This document shows, piece after piece, positions 16,966 to 25,075 of a stretch of 64,000 nucleotides of DNA; positions within the stretch are counted from its first letter, which is position 1; each line of letters begins with the position of its first letter. The position numbers were made by a program, and so were the translations under genes. The notes below the pieces were generated by a model. It saw only the letters and a list, made by a program, of their open reading frames with translations. It did not search any database and was not told where the DNA came from. This DNA comes from an uncultured Acidimicrobiales bacterium (GTDB lineage Bacteria > Actinomycetota > Acidimicrobiia > Acidimicrobiales > SZUA-35): NCBI GenBank assembly GCA_963723995.1, contig CAVRSZ010000001.1:1581410-1645409 (forward strand), written 5' to 3'.

Positions 16966-19487
16966 CTCATGGTGCCGGTACCGACGAAGGTGATGGCGTC
17001 GAATTCGGACGCCACGATGGTGTTGGCATCTGCGGCCGTGGTACCCCCGACCAGAAACGAGCCGGTGGTGTTGGACCAGATTCCGCTCCGGTTGCCGATC
17101 GTGGTGAGGCCGTCGGCGGCGGTGCCGATCAGGTTGCCGGTCAGCACCGTGTCGGTGCTGTCGTTACCGATCACGATGGCGGCCGCCGCAGTCTGGCCGG
17201 ACACCACGTTGTCGACCAGTGAGGTACCGGTGGCCGTGCTCTGGACGACGATGCCTTCAGTGCCGTTGCCCGCTGCGGTCACCCCGTCGGCCGACATCCC
17301 GATGTAGCTGTCGGTTATCAGTGTGTTGTCGCCGTTGACGGTGATGCCGTCGTCGGGGAAGGAGATCACGGCCATGGCTGAAACCACCACCCCGTCGGCG
17401 GTACCGCCGACCACGAGGCCGTCACCGCCGGCGCCCAGTGCGGAACCTTCGAGCTCGATGACCGGAGATCCGGAGTAGCCGGTCTGGGTGGTGGCATCGA
17501 TGGTGACGGCGGCATCGAGTTGGGGAAGGGTTGTGGCCGGCGAGACCGTCCAGACGCCACCGACGTGACCGGCATCGGAGGTCGGGATGGCGAACTGGAT
17601 GGTGTCGACCACGGTCGAGGCGTTGGCCTCCTCGATGGCGGCCCGCAACGTACACTCCGGGTCGCCTTCGGAGTTGGTTCCACCGGTGTCGCAGGCGTGG
17701 TCACCGGTTCCGGAGTCGCCACTGTCACCGGTGGAGTTCACGGTGACGACAGGATTCGTAGGCGGGGGCGTGGCCATGGCATTCCACAGGAACAGGAAGG
17801 GCTGGTTCTTGGTGTCGCCGGTGTTGGTGGTCACCTCGTTGACGCTCACCCAGGTGGTGCCGTTCCAATAGGTGTAGTTGAGGTCGGAGGCGGAGTCCTG
17901 GGTGGCCAGCATCACCTCGTCGGTCACCGGGTTGGCATACAGCATCACCGAGTTGGGGATCGTGCGCCGATGTCGAGGGCGTTGGCTTGGGCCGACCAGC
18001 CGGTACCTGCGGCCCAGGTCCGGTACTCGGGTGTGTTGTCGACGCCGCTGTAGGCGGCGAGCGCCTGGCCCGAGGTGCCCTCGAAGGCCACGGCCACCGC
18101 CGGACGATTCGTCCCGCTGGCGGTCGTGGTGGCCGCTGTCACGTTCATCCACGCCGCCCCGTCCCAGACTGGCCAGCCAGACGTCGGCGCCGTCGGTCAG
18201 CACACCGAGGGCGATCCGGTCGGTGGTGGGATCGGCGGCCAGGGTGGTCCAGCGGGCGTAGCCGGCAACGCCGCCCGGCCGCGCCCGCTGGGCCTCGCTG
18301 CTCCAGCCGCCGTTCCAGGTCCGGTAGTACACGTCCTCGGTGCCCTTGCCGTAGACGACCAGGGCGGTACCCGACTGCTGCTCGTAGGCGACGTAGACGT
18401 CGGTACGGTCGCCGGCTCCGCCTGCGTGCAAGGTGACCGGGTTGCCCCAGGCCGAGCCGTCCCAGACGAGCGCATAGTCCTGGCTGGAGTCGTCGCTGAC
18501 GACCAGCACCATCTCGTCGGCCCACGGGTGGGAGGCGAGCTGCATCTGGCGGGGCGTGCCGGCCAGCGGCTCGGTAATCGAGGCCTCGGCGCTCCAGGTC
18601 GATCCGTTCCACACCCGGTAGTTGAGGTTGGCGCCGTCGGCGTACACGACCATGGCATCACCGCTGACCGCCTCGTAGGCAACGTCGAAGCTCCACCAGT
18701 AGGTCTGGGTGGTGGAGCCGAGGGCGGGAAGGGCGGTCCAGCTCGATCCGTTCCACCGCTCACCGGCAATGGTTCCGGTGACGTTGTCGACCCCGACGAC
18801 GATGGCCTCGTCCCGGCTCGGCGATTCCGCGCCCTGGATGATGCGGAACTCGCCCACGGTGGCCGAGACCAGCTCCCCACCGAAGATCGTGCCGTTCCAG
18901 GCCTGGTGACGGGGAGCGGTCTGACCGCTCCTGCGGTAGATGGCTCTGGGCAGCGAGTGGGCGGTGACGGTCACCGTCACCAGTGCCGTGTCGGTCGAGC
19001 CGTTGCCATCGGAGATGGTGTAGGCGAACACGTCGGTTCCGGAGAAGGCGGTGCCGCCGCTGTAGGTGACCGTCCCGTCCCCGTTGTCGACGACGGTGCC
19101 GTTGCTGCCGTCGACCACGTCGATCACCGTCAGCGGGTCGGTGTCGGCGTCGCTGTCGTTGGCCACGACGTCGATGGTGACGGGAACGCCCTGGGCCGTG
19201 GTGGCGGTGTCGTCGGCGGCGACGGGGGCCGAGTTACCGGGGGCGAGATCGTCGGCCCCGGACACGTAGGCTGCGAACAGGCTCTCGGTGTTGTCGTCGA
19301 AGCCGGTGTCCGACCCGTCGAACACCAGGGTGGCGGTGGCCGAGGTGGTGCCGGCGACGAGGGTGGTGGCGGTGATGTCGACGGCGAACAGGTCCCACCG
19401 CTGCACCGGGAGACCGGCAACCGTGGTCTCACCGTCGGTGGTCAGCAGGACCGTGCCCTCGTCAAGCGTCGTGCCCCCGACGGTCAC
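15357..19487 (-). CDS. Adhesin B fragment 5: cadherin-like domain, WNG-repeat propeller, beta-helix cassette, Ig-like + LamG C-terminus
   Basis: Contains VAADDTATTAQGVPVTIDVVANDSDADTDPLTVIDVVDGSNGTVVDNGDGTVTYSG (cadherin-like) and seven YR.WNG..WS-type blades. These are followed by VNSTGDSGD...CTLRAAIEEANAS + PbH1 repeats and GLDLDDDGVTANDAGDGDAGANGLLNHPVL. The LamG/ConA-like signature TGTWHHVAVAWDGSTVRLYVDGSEV is present. MTVGG is not a real start. Residues ~445-510 are out of frame (see findings). Confidence 0.7.
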   Translation of the reverse strand: MTVGGTTLDEGTVLLTTDGETTVAGLPVQRWDLFAVDITATTLVAGTTSATATLVFDGSDTGFDDNTESLFAAYVSGADDLAPGNSAPVAADDTATTAQGVPVTIDVVANDSDADTDPLTVIDVVDGSNGTVVDNGDGTVTYSGGTAFSGTDVFAYTISDGNGSTDTALVTVTVTAHSLPRAIYRRSGQTAPRHQAWNGTIFGGELVSATVGEFRIIQGAESPSRDEAIVVGVDNVTGTIAGERWNGSSWTALPALGSTTQTYWWSFDVAYEAVSGDAMVVYADGANLNYRVWNGSTWSAEASITEPLAGTPRQMQLASHPWADEMVLVVSDDSSQDYALVWDGSAWGNPVTLHAGGAGDRTDVYVAYEQQSGTALVVYGKGTEDVYYRTWNGGWSSEAQRARPGGVAGYARWTTLAADPTTDRIALGVLTDGADVWLASLGRGGVDERDSGHHDRQRDESSGGGRGLRGHLGPGARRLQRRRQHTRVPDLGRRYRLVGPSQRPRHRRTIPNSVMLYANPVTDEVMLATQDSASDLNYTYWNGTTWVSVNEVTTNTGDTKNQPFLFLWNAMATPPPTNPVVTVNSTGDSGDSGTGDHACDTGGTNSEGDPECTLRAAIEEANASTVVDTIQFAIPTSDAGHVGGVWTVSPATTLPQLDAAVTIDATTQTGYSGSPVIELEGSALGAGGDGLVVGGTADGVVVSAMAVISFPDDGITVNGDNTLITDSYIGMSADGVTAAGNGTEGIVVQSTATGTSLVDNVVSGQTAAAAIVIGNDSTDTVLTGNLIGTAADGLTTIGNRSGIWSNTTGSFLVGGTTAADANTIVASEFDAITFVGTGTMSVLGNTITGNGGIGLDLDDDGVTANDAGDGDAGANGLLNHPVLTAPVSGDTTLDVELDVPAGDYRIEVFANPTEGADPSGYGEGESLAAAQIVTHTGSGPESFVVAVPAVFAGDVLTATATEDLGGGSYGASSEFSAVVTVVAFADLVVDASVRRSDVFAEGGLDPASAAIAGTAGSALTFNGGGDLLRGPALDITDAELSVGAWIRPAALGGTDLVVSKRTSGGDPVFELGVDGTGQAVAALGIGGGPVTVQGGIISTGTWHHVAVAWDGSTVRLYVDGSEVDTVPASGSLSTDTSTEVILGNRSTGTSGFDGEIDHVEIGHLAPTATEISLRYSTVADQALTVTVGQQQTDAPGPWTVSGVQSRSGGFALAAPETADSGAAAWAVATGIDEPGAVFETWWWASIATGVDLASGTRAGQSPTDQFDAAYVGAGTWDLRRRSGAADSVDGSGAQALTTGAWVKVEQWTDQNGNSRLLVDGVEVAPWTAQTAPPAAGSLGLRVGRLPGGQSWYVDDPRARRLVMPEPTATLGPLDRD

Positions 19488-19837
19488 GTCCCGCTCGATC
19501 AGGTCGATACCTTCGATGGTGCCGCCGAGACCGACGTCGGCCAGGTCGGCCAGCTCGGTCAGAGGTCCCGGCCGTGGTGCCGAGACCGGTGGCGTCGACG
19601 GTGTAGCGCATCAGTCGTTTCGGATCCGACGACGACGAGAACAGGCAGCGTCCCCGGGGTGAGGAAGGTGTCACCGACGATGGTCGGCTGCCTCGACCAC
19701 GGTGAGGGCGTGGGCGGTGCCGGCCGACGCCGGGTTCTCCAGCAGGTAGTGGAACTCACCGGGCGACGACGGGTCACCGGGGGCATCGGGCCGGAAGACG
19801 AAGACATCGGAGTCGCTCACCGTGATCACCGTCGTGG

Positions 19838-20359
19838 TCACCGATAGAAGGTCTCGCCGGCGTCGCTGACCAGTACCAGGTCGCCGGGCACCAGATCGAA
19901 GGCGGTGGGCCCGGTCCCGACCGTGAGCGCCGTGCGCATCTCGTGCATGGCGCCGATCTTGGCCGCACCGTCGGAGGCGAACCGGTCGAGATCCACGACC
20001 TTGGCCACGGTGGCTGAGGTGGTCGGGGGATCGAGGGCCAGCCCGGGATCACCGAGGGAGAGCACCTGGCCGGTGCTCCACGAGGTCAGGCCGGGGGTTC
20101 CCGAGGCGACCACCGGGTCGTTGGTCGCCACCCACAACTCCGGTGTCCGCACGTCGACAGTCACGGTGGCCACGGCCGACTCCGTGCCGTCGGTGGCGGT
20201 GTAGGTGAAGGCGTCGGCGCCGCTGTGGCCGTAGTCGGGGCTGTAGGTCAGGGTGCCGTCGCCGTTGTCGGTGACCGTGCCGTTGGTGGGCTGGGTGAAC
20301 GACACGATGGACAGCGGGTCGCCGTTGGGGTCCTCGTCGTTGACCAGCGGGGCGACCAC
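19838..20359 (-). CDS. Adhesin B fragment 4: cadherin-like domain + unknown domain
   Basis: Begins PLVNDEDPNGDPLSIVSFTQPTNGTVTDNGDGTLTYSPDYGHSGADAFTYTATDG. It ends ...DLVLVSDAGETFYR, and the sequence then continues (VTTTVITVSDSDVFVFRPDAPGD...) in another frame. Confidence 0.55.
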   Translation of the reverse strand: MVAPLVNDEDPNGDPLSIVSFTQPTNGTVTDNGDGTLTYSPDYGHSGADAFTYTATDGTESAVATVTVDVRTPELWVATNDPVVASGTPGLTSWSTGQVLSLGDPGLALDPPTTSATVAKVVDLDRFASDGAAKIGAMHEMRTALTVGTGPTAFDLVPGDLVLVSDAGETFYR

Positions 20360-21276
20360 TCGAGGGATGTCGACGGCTGGTCCGCACGCGTGTCGTCGAC
20401 GGCGGATGGGGTCGTGATCGGCGTACCGCCGACAAGATCGATGCCGCGTAGATCTTCGTCGTTGACGTCGAGACCGACGTCGCTGCCGTCGAAGAACAAG
20501 GTGGCGTCACCGGCGGCCAACCCGGTCGGCCCGGCGGTCGTGCGGGTGAGTTCCAGCAGGAAGACGTCCTGGCGGACCACGGCGATGCCATTGTCGCCGA
20601 CGGCGGCGTCGGTGTTGTCGATCGAGACCAGCAGGTCACCGGCGGTGAGGTCGATTCCATCGACTCGCACGGCGGCATCGACCAGATGGATACCGACGAT
20701 GTTCTGGTCGATGGCGACATCGGGTCCATTCAGCAGGACGGTCGGTACCCCGGGGGCAACCAGTGGACCGGCCCCGGTCGGATCCAGGTGGTACACGATC
20801 TTGGAATCCGTCATCAGGACGCTGCCGGCCGGGAGGAGCTGGTCACCGACCATCGTGTCCGACTTCGACCAGCGAGACATCGACCACGGTGCCCAGCGGC
20901 TGGTCGAGGAGCACCGAGAAGGTACCCGAGGTGTAGTCGCCCGGCGTCTGGGGCCGGAACCGGACGACGTCTTTCGACAACGCCTCGGTGGTGGAGGTGT
21001 CCCAGTTGACGAACATTTCGTCGTTGGCCGTGGACAGCAGCAGGTCGCCCGGGAGCAGGCTGACCGTCGGTGAGGCCCCCACGTCGGTCGCCGTCTCGAC
21101 CAGGTCGAGACCGACAAGCACGACGTTGCCATCCTGGCCCTGGGCGTCCAGATCGGCGAGAAGCGAGAACGTGCCACTGGTCGACGGGGGCTCGAATGCC
21201 AGCGACGGGTCACCGAACTCGAGCATCGACCCCGCCGACCACGAACCGAGCCCCGGCGCCCCGCTGGGAGACCCAA
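20248..21276 (-). CDS. Adhesin B fragment 3 (in frame ~20370..20860)
   Basis: The protein-like stretch is MVGDQLLPAGSVLMTDSKIVYHLDPTGAGPLVAPGVPTVLLNGPDVAIDQ...LFFDGSDVGLDVNDEDLRGIDLVGG. Both ends of the ORF are Arg/Pro-rich off-frame sequence. Confidence 0.5.
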   Translation of the reverse strand: MGLPAGRRGSVRGRRGRCSSSVTRRWHSSPRRPVARSRFSPIWTPRARMATSCLSVSTWSRRRPTWGPHRRSACSRATCCCPRPTTKCSSTGTPPPPRRCRKTSSGSGPRRRATTPRVPSRCSSTSRWAPWSMSRWSKSDTMVGDQLLPAGSVLMTDSKIVYHLDPTGAGPLVAPGVPTVLLNGPDVAIDQNIVGIHLVDAAVRVDGIDLTAGDLLVSIDNTDAAVGDNGIAVVRQDVFLLELTRTTAGPTGLAAGDATLFFDGSDVGLDVNDEDLRGIDLVGGTPITTPSAVDDTRADQPSTSLEWSPRWSTTRTPTATRCPSCRSPSPPTARSPTTATAP

Positions 21277-21850
21277 CGTCGGCGGCGGTCGAGAGCCACA
21301 GGGTGGCGGTTTCGGTCAACACCGTGACGGCAGCGGAGAGCTCCGAGGTCGAGGAGAACCCGGTGGCGGCTCCGGTGTCGATGCGGGTGGCGGTGGCCGT
21401 GATCACATCCCCGGCCGATCCGGAGAACACATGGGTCAGTCCGGTGCCGGGGCCGGTCGTGACCGCCGAAACGAACGTCTCGGCCTCCCCGTAGCCGCTC
21501 GGATCGGCACCGGACGGGTTGACGAAGAACTCCACCCGGTACTGGTCGGGGTTGGCCGGCACATCGAGATCGTACGTCGCCGTCACCGTCCCACCCGACT
21601 CCTCGGCCGAGGTGATCACCGGGAAGTTCAGGAGATCATTGGACCCTGAGTCCCCATCGCCGGAGTCGTTGTCCGTTAGGCCGTCGTCCTCGAGATCGAT
21701 CCCGAGGCCGGTGTTGGCCCACACCTCGTTACCGAGCAGGGTGTTGTCGAAGCTGGTCGTGCGGACAGTGATGCCGGCTCCCCCGCTGCCGGCCACGCGG
21801 TTTCCGTCGTTCGGCCCGGTGCCACCGACCAGGTTGCCCACGGCATCCAC
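20843..21850 (-). CDS. Adhesin B fragment 2: end of beta-helix, GIDLEDDGLTDND motif, Ig-like sandwich
   Basis: Contains GLGIDLEDDGLTDNDSGDGDSGSNDLLNFPVITSAEESGGTVTATYDLDVPANPDQYRVEFFVNPSGADPSGYGEAE...ATATRIDTGA, the same cassette seen twice in gene A. Confidence 0.65.
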   Translation of the reverse strand: MDAVGNLVGGTGPNDGNRVAGSGGAGITVRTTSFDNTLLGNEVWANTGLGIDLEDDGLTDNDSGDGDSGSNDLLNFPVITSAEESGGTVTATYDLDVPANPDQYRVEFFVNPSGADPSGYGEAETFVSAVTTGPGTGLTHVFSGSAGDVITATATRIDTGAATGFSSTSELSAAVTVLTETATLWLSTAADVGSPSGAPGLGSWSAGSMLEFGDPSLAFEPPSTSGTFSLLADLDAQGQDGNVVLVGLDLVETATDVGASPTVSLLPGDLLLSTANDEMFVNWDTSTTEALSKDVVRFRPQTPGDYTSGTFSVLLDQPLGTVVDVSLVEVGHDGR

Positions 21851-21869
21851 CGTGACCAGGATCCCGTTG

Positions 21870-24869
21870 TCAGTATTGCCGACGACGGCTACCCGTCACA
21901 TCGAGTCCGACCCAGTTGTTGGTGAGGACGTTGTCGTCGCCGAAAGTGGTGGAGCCGTCGATCTCGAGTCCTTCGTCGGGGAACGAGTGCACGATGAAGC
22001 CGGAGATGGTGCTGTTGTTGGCCCGCAGTGCGAGCCCGGCGGTGGCTCCGACGGCCGAACTTCCATCGAGCTCGACGATTGGGTCGCCGGCCCAGCCTGG
22101 CTGGGTGGTGGCGTCGATCGTGACCGTCGAGGTGATGAGGGGATAGCCCGATGCCGGCGTCAGTGTGTAGGACAGGGGCGAAGCCGAGTACCCGGACTCG
22201 GTGGACGGGATGTTGAAGGTGACCGTATCGACCACCCCCGAAGCGTTGGCCTCCTCGATCGCTGCTCGCAGCGTGCACTCCGGATCGCCCTGGGAGTTGG
22301 TGGCGCCGGTGTCGCACACGTCGTCACCGACGGTGTCGTCGGAGGCGTCGCCGGTGGAGTTGACCACGACGATACTCGGGTCCGGGGTCAGGGCGACCAG
22401 GTGGCCGATCGATCCGGCGGTGGCCGCGACGGTAGCCGTTCGGGGTCCGGCGGCTCCGGCGGCGCCAAGGGTGTCGTCGGCCGAGGCGGCGATGACCTCG
22501 TCGGCCGGCGCTCCACCGGCGGCACTGGTGACATCGGCCCGCTCGTTCATGCCTCCCGGTGGAGTCACGACACCGTCGTCGCGAACGGCGAAGAAGGCGA
22601 TAAGGGTCGCGCTGTCGACGGTGGAGGTGATGGAGGGGGCGGTGACGGCGGCGCCGGAGGAGTTGGCCTGCCCGTTGGAGGCGTCGATCGGGCTTGCGGT
22701 GTCGACCCCGTCATAGACGGTGATGGATCCGGCTGCGGTATCGGTCGATCCGCTGGACAGGGTGAAGCTGTACTGGGCCGGCTCGCTTGCCGTGGCCACC
22801 CGCCAGTACAGGGCCTGGGTGATCCCGTTGGCCCCGAGCGTGTCGATCTCGGTCCAGCCGGCCGGTGGGGTGACGATGCCACCGCCGGTGGCGCTGTAGG
22901 CGATCTGGGCCAGCATCAGATCATCGGTGTCGGTGGTCGACGGGACCGGCAGATCGATGGTGGAGCCGCTGGTATAGGATCCACCGGCGGTCTCGACGGC
23001 AACGAACGTCGGGTCGATGATCACCGGAAGGGTCGGGTCGTAGGAGCCAAGGGTGAAGGCGACGGTGCCGTCGTCACCGATCGCATAGGAGCTGTCGACG
23101 ATGACCGGCTCGCCGTCGATCTCCTGGTAGGTCACGGGAGCGGTGGAGCGGTAGTCGGGTCCCGACTCGGCCTCGATCAGCAGATCGCCGTTCGGCTCGA
23201 TCCGCAGCCCGACGGCACCGTCGAAGTCGAGGGAGATGTCGTCGGGATCGGCCCCCGGTTCGATGACAAAGCTGTACTCGACGTCGCCACCATTGGCCGA
23301 GTAGACGACATCGACCCCGGGTAGGACGTCATCGAATTCGATGGCGTCATCGTCATCGTCATCGCCGGATGCCGCATCCGGCACCTGGGCCTGAGCGGGA
23401 GTCGGATCCGACCCGGGCCCGATCGGCCCGGACGGAGTCCGGCGACGTCCCTTTTCAGCGCCGAGGTCGACGTCGGTCAGAATCGGCGACTCGTCGAGCA
23501 GCCGGCCCACTGGTTCGCCTGCCCGGTCGACCACGTTCATGATCACCGCATCGGCCAATGGCTGCCCTTCGGCCACCAGAGCGACCTCGCCATCACCGAC
23601 GACGGCGTCATAGCCGGCAGTGACAATGGCAAAGTCGACCTCGGTGTCGGCCGAGCCTTCGTTGGCGACGAAGTCGACCCCCGCCGCCGGATCGGCCAGA
23701 CCGTTCAACCACCGGTAGGTTCGATCGCCCGACTCGAACCGGGTGTCGCTCACCATCCCACCGTCGCCGTCAATCAGGAAGGCCAGATCGGTTGGACCGA
23801 AGGGGGCGTTCCCGGCCACGACCACGCCCAGGTCGCGGCCGGTGGCGAGATCGATGCGACGAATCTCGTCGGCCCCGTAGTCGGCGATCCACAGTGCACC
23901 GTCGGGACCGATCACCAGCGACGTGGGAGCCGTCACGATTCCCTCGACCATGGTCTCGACCGTGGCTTCCGGTTCACCTCCGCGGCGAGCACCGGCTTGG
24001 GCATCGAAGGTGACGCGATCGATACGGGCCCCGTCGACCATGGCAACCAGCAGCTCTCCGGTCGGACCGATCACCACGTCGACCGGGCCCGAGCCCGGCC
24101 CGGTGTCGATCAACTGCCGACGGGTGCCGTTCGTGCGGTAGATTCCGACCGTGTCGTCGTTCTGGTAGGTCACCGAAATGAGGCCGTTCGGTCCGACCGC
24201 CAGTCCCCCCGGGTTGTCGAGCCCGTCGTCGATGAGCACACCGAGGAAACGGCCGGTGTCACCGTCGTATTCGAGTACCTGCCCGGTTGCCGCCGAGGTC
24301 ACCAGGAGCGTGCCGGTCGAGCTGAAGGCCAGCCCGCTCGGGTTTCGAAGGCCGCCGGTGCCGGCCGCAACGAACACGTCGACCATGGAGTTGGTGTCGG
24401 GATCGAAGCGGACCACGCGGTCGGTGTCGCCGCCGGCGGCATAGACCAGACCATCGGGGCCGACGGCCAGCGCCCGTGCCGCCCCGAGTTCGCCCTGGCT
24501 CGGATTCAGTTGTCCGGCCTGCGACCCGTCGACCGAGCGGTAGCGGCGGACCAGGTCGACACCATCGAAGCCGGCAACCAGCAGATCGCCGTCCCCGGCG
24601 GCATCCCCGCTCGTGACCGTGGAGCCCGGAGTGGGCGCTGACTGATCCTGGAACGAAGACGTCCCTGCAGCGCCGGAGAAGGTGTCGAATGCCGAGACCG
24701 GGCTCGAGCGCAGGAAAGGGCTGAGACCGGAGGCGGCCGGGGAGACAATCGAGGTGACGACCGACAGGGCGGCGACGATGACCAGCGCCGGACGGATCCG
24801 ATGTCCGAACCGGCGATGGGTCTCAGTTCCGACTGGACGCAATGCGGGCGGGTTGCCGGCGTCGACCAT
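21870..24869 (-). CDS. Adhesin B fragment 1: signal/TM, NHL-type propeller, VIEPGADP domain, CTLRAAIEEANAS + beta-helix start
   Basis: 999 codons, collinear with fragments 1+2 of gene A but lacking the TSP3/FG-GAP insert. It ends ...NNWVGLDVTG, then shifts frame near ~21890 to AVVGNTDNGILVTVDAVGNLVGG. Confidence 0.7.
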   Translation of the reverse strand: MVDAGNPPALRPVGTETHRRFGHRIRPALVIVAALSVVTSIVSPAASGLSPFLRSSPVSAFDTFSGAAGTSSFQDQSAPTPGSTVTSGDAAGDGDLLVAGFDGVDLVRRYRSVDGSQAGQLNPSQGELGAARALAVGPDGLVYAAGGDTDRVVRFDPDTNSMVDVFVAAGTGGLRNPSGLAFSSTGTLLVTSAATGQVLEYDGDTGRFLGVLIDDGLDNPGGLAVGPNGLISVTYQNDDTVGIYRTNGTRRQLIDTGPGSGPVDVVIGPTGELLVAMVDGARIDRVTFDAQAGARRGGEPEATVETMVEGIVTAPTSLVIGPDGALWIADYGADEIRRIDLATGRDLGVVVAGNAPFGPTDLAFLIDGDGGMVSDTRFESGDRTYRWLNGLADPAAGVDFVANEGSADTEVDFAIVTAGYDAVVGDGEVALVAEGQPLADAVIMNVVDRAGEPVGRLLDESPILTDVDLGAEKGRRRTPSGPIGPGSDPTPAQAQVPDAASGDDDDDDAIEFDDVLPGVDVVYSANGGDVEYSFVIEPGADPDDISLDFDGAVGLRIEPNGDLLIEAESGPDYRSTAPVTYQEIDGEPVIVDSSYAIGDDGTVAFTLGSYDPTLPVIIDPTFVAVETAGGSYTSGSTIDLPVPSTTDTDDLMLAQIAYSATGGGIVTPPAGWTEIDTLGANGITQALYWRVATASEPAQYSFTLSSGSTDTAAGSITVYDGVDTASPIDASNGQANSSGAAVTAPSITSTVDSATLIAFFAVRDDGVVTPPGGMNERADVTSAAGGAPADEVIAASADDTLGAAGAAGPRTATVAATAGSIGHLVALTPDPSIVVVNSTGDASDDTVGDDVCDTGATNSQGDPECTLRAAIEEANASGVVDTVTFNIPSTESGYSASPLSYTLTPASGYPLITSTVTIDATTQPGWAGDPIVELDGSSAVGATAGLALRANNSTISGFIVHSFPDEGLEIDGSTTFGDDNVLTNNWVGLDVTGSRRRQY

Positions 24870-25004
24870 TGCGAACCTCCCTATCCCGTCGGGTCGAAGC
24901 CGGGCGTGCGGTAAGGAAACCAGGCCACAGGCGCAACAACTGGAAGCGGGGGTGAAGAGGAACAGCGGCAGGACCAGAGGTATGGCGGTGACGCCACCCG
25001 GGGC

Positions 25005-25042
25005 GCGGCGACCACCGCGGCCGAAGCCGCGGTGGTCGCCGC
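25005..25042 (-). terminator. Perfect 16-bp GC-rich hairpin between TasA-like gene and adhesin B (attenuator/processing site candidate)
   Basis: GCGGCGACCACCGCGG-ccgaag-CCGCGGTGGTCGCCGC lies 33 nt after the TasA-like stop. It has no U-tract. Confidence 0.45.
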
Positions 25043-25075
25043 ATCAGGAGACGTCGTTCCCGCCATCATCGGTGG

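Larger units (their letters stand above)
15357..24869 (-). pseudogene. Giant multidomain surface adhesin-like gene B (~3.2k codons if read through), interrupted by at least 9 frameshifts
   Basis: ORFs 21870..24869, 20843..21850, 20248..21276, 19838..20359 and 15357..19487 continue each other's domains. By my own translation, 19487..19850 needs at least 4 frame changes to stay open. GGGAGG lies 6 nt before the ATG at 24869. Confidence 0.6.

Noticed and set aside
109-24869. LPXTG sortase signals, or a diversity-generating retroelement, as an explanation for the giant genes and their variability.
   Set aside because: Neither C-terminus (…ATLGPLDRD in both) has LPXTG plus a hydrophobic tail. No reverse transcriptase or template-repeat pair is visible in the window.
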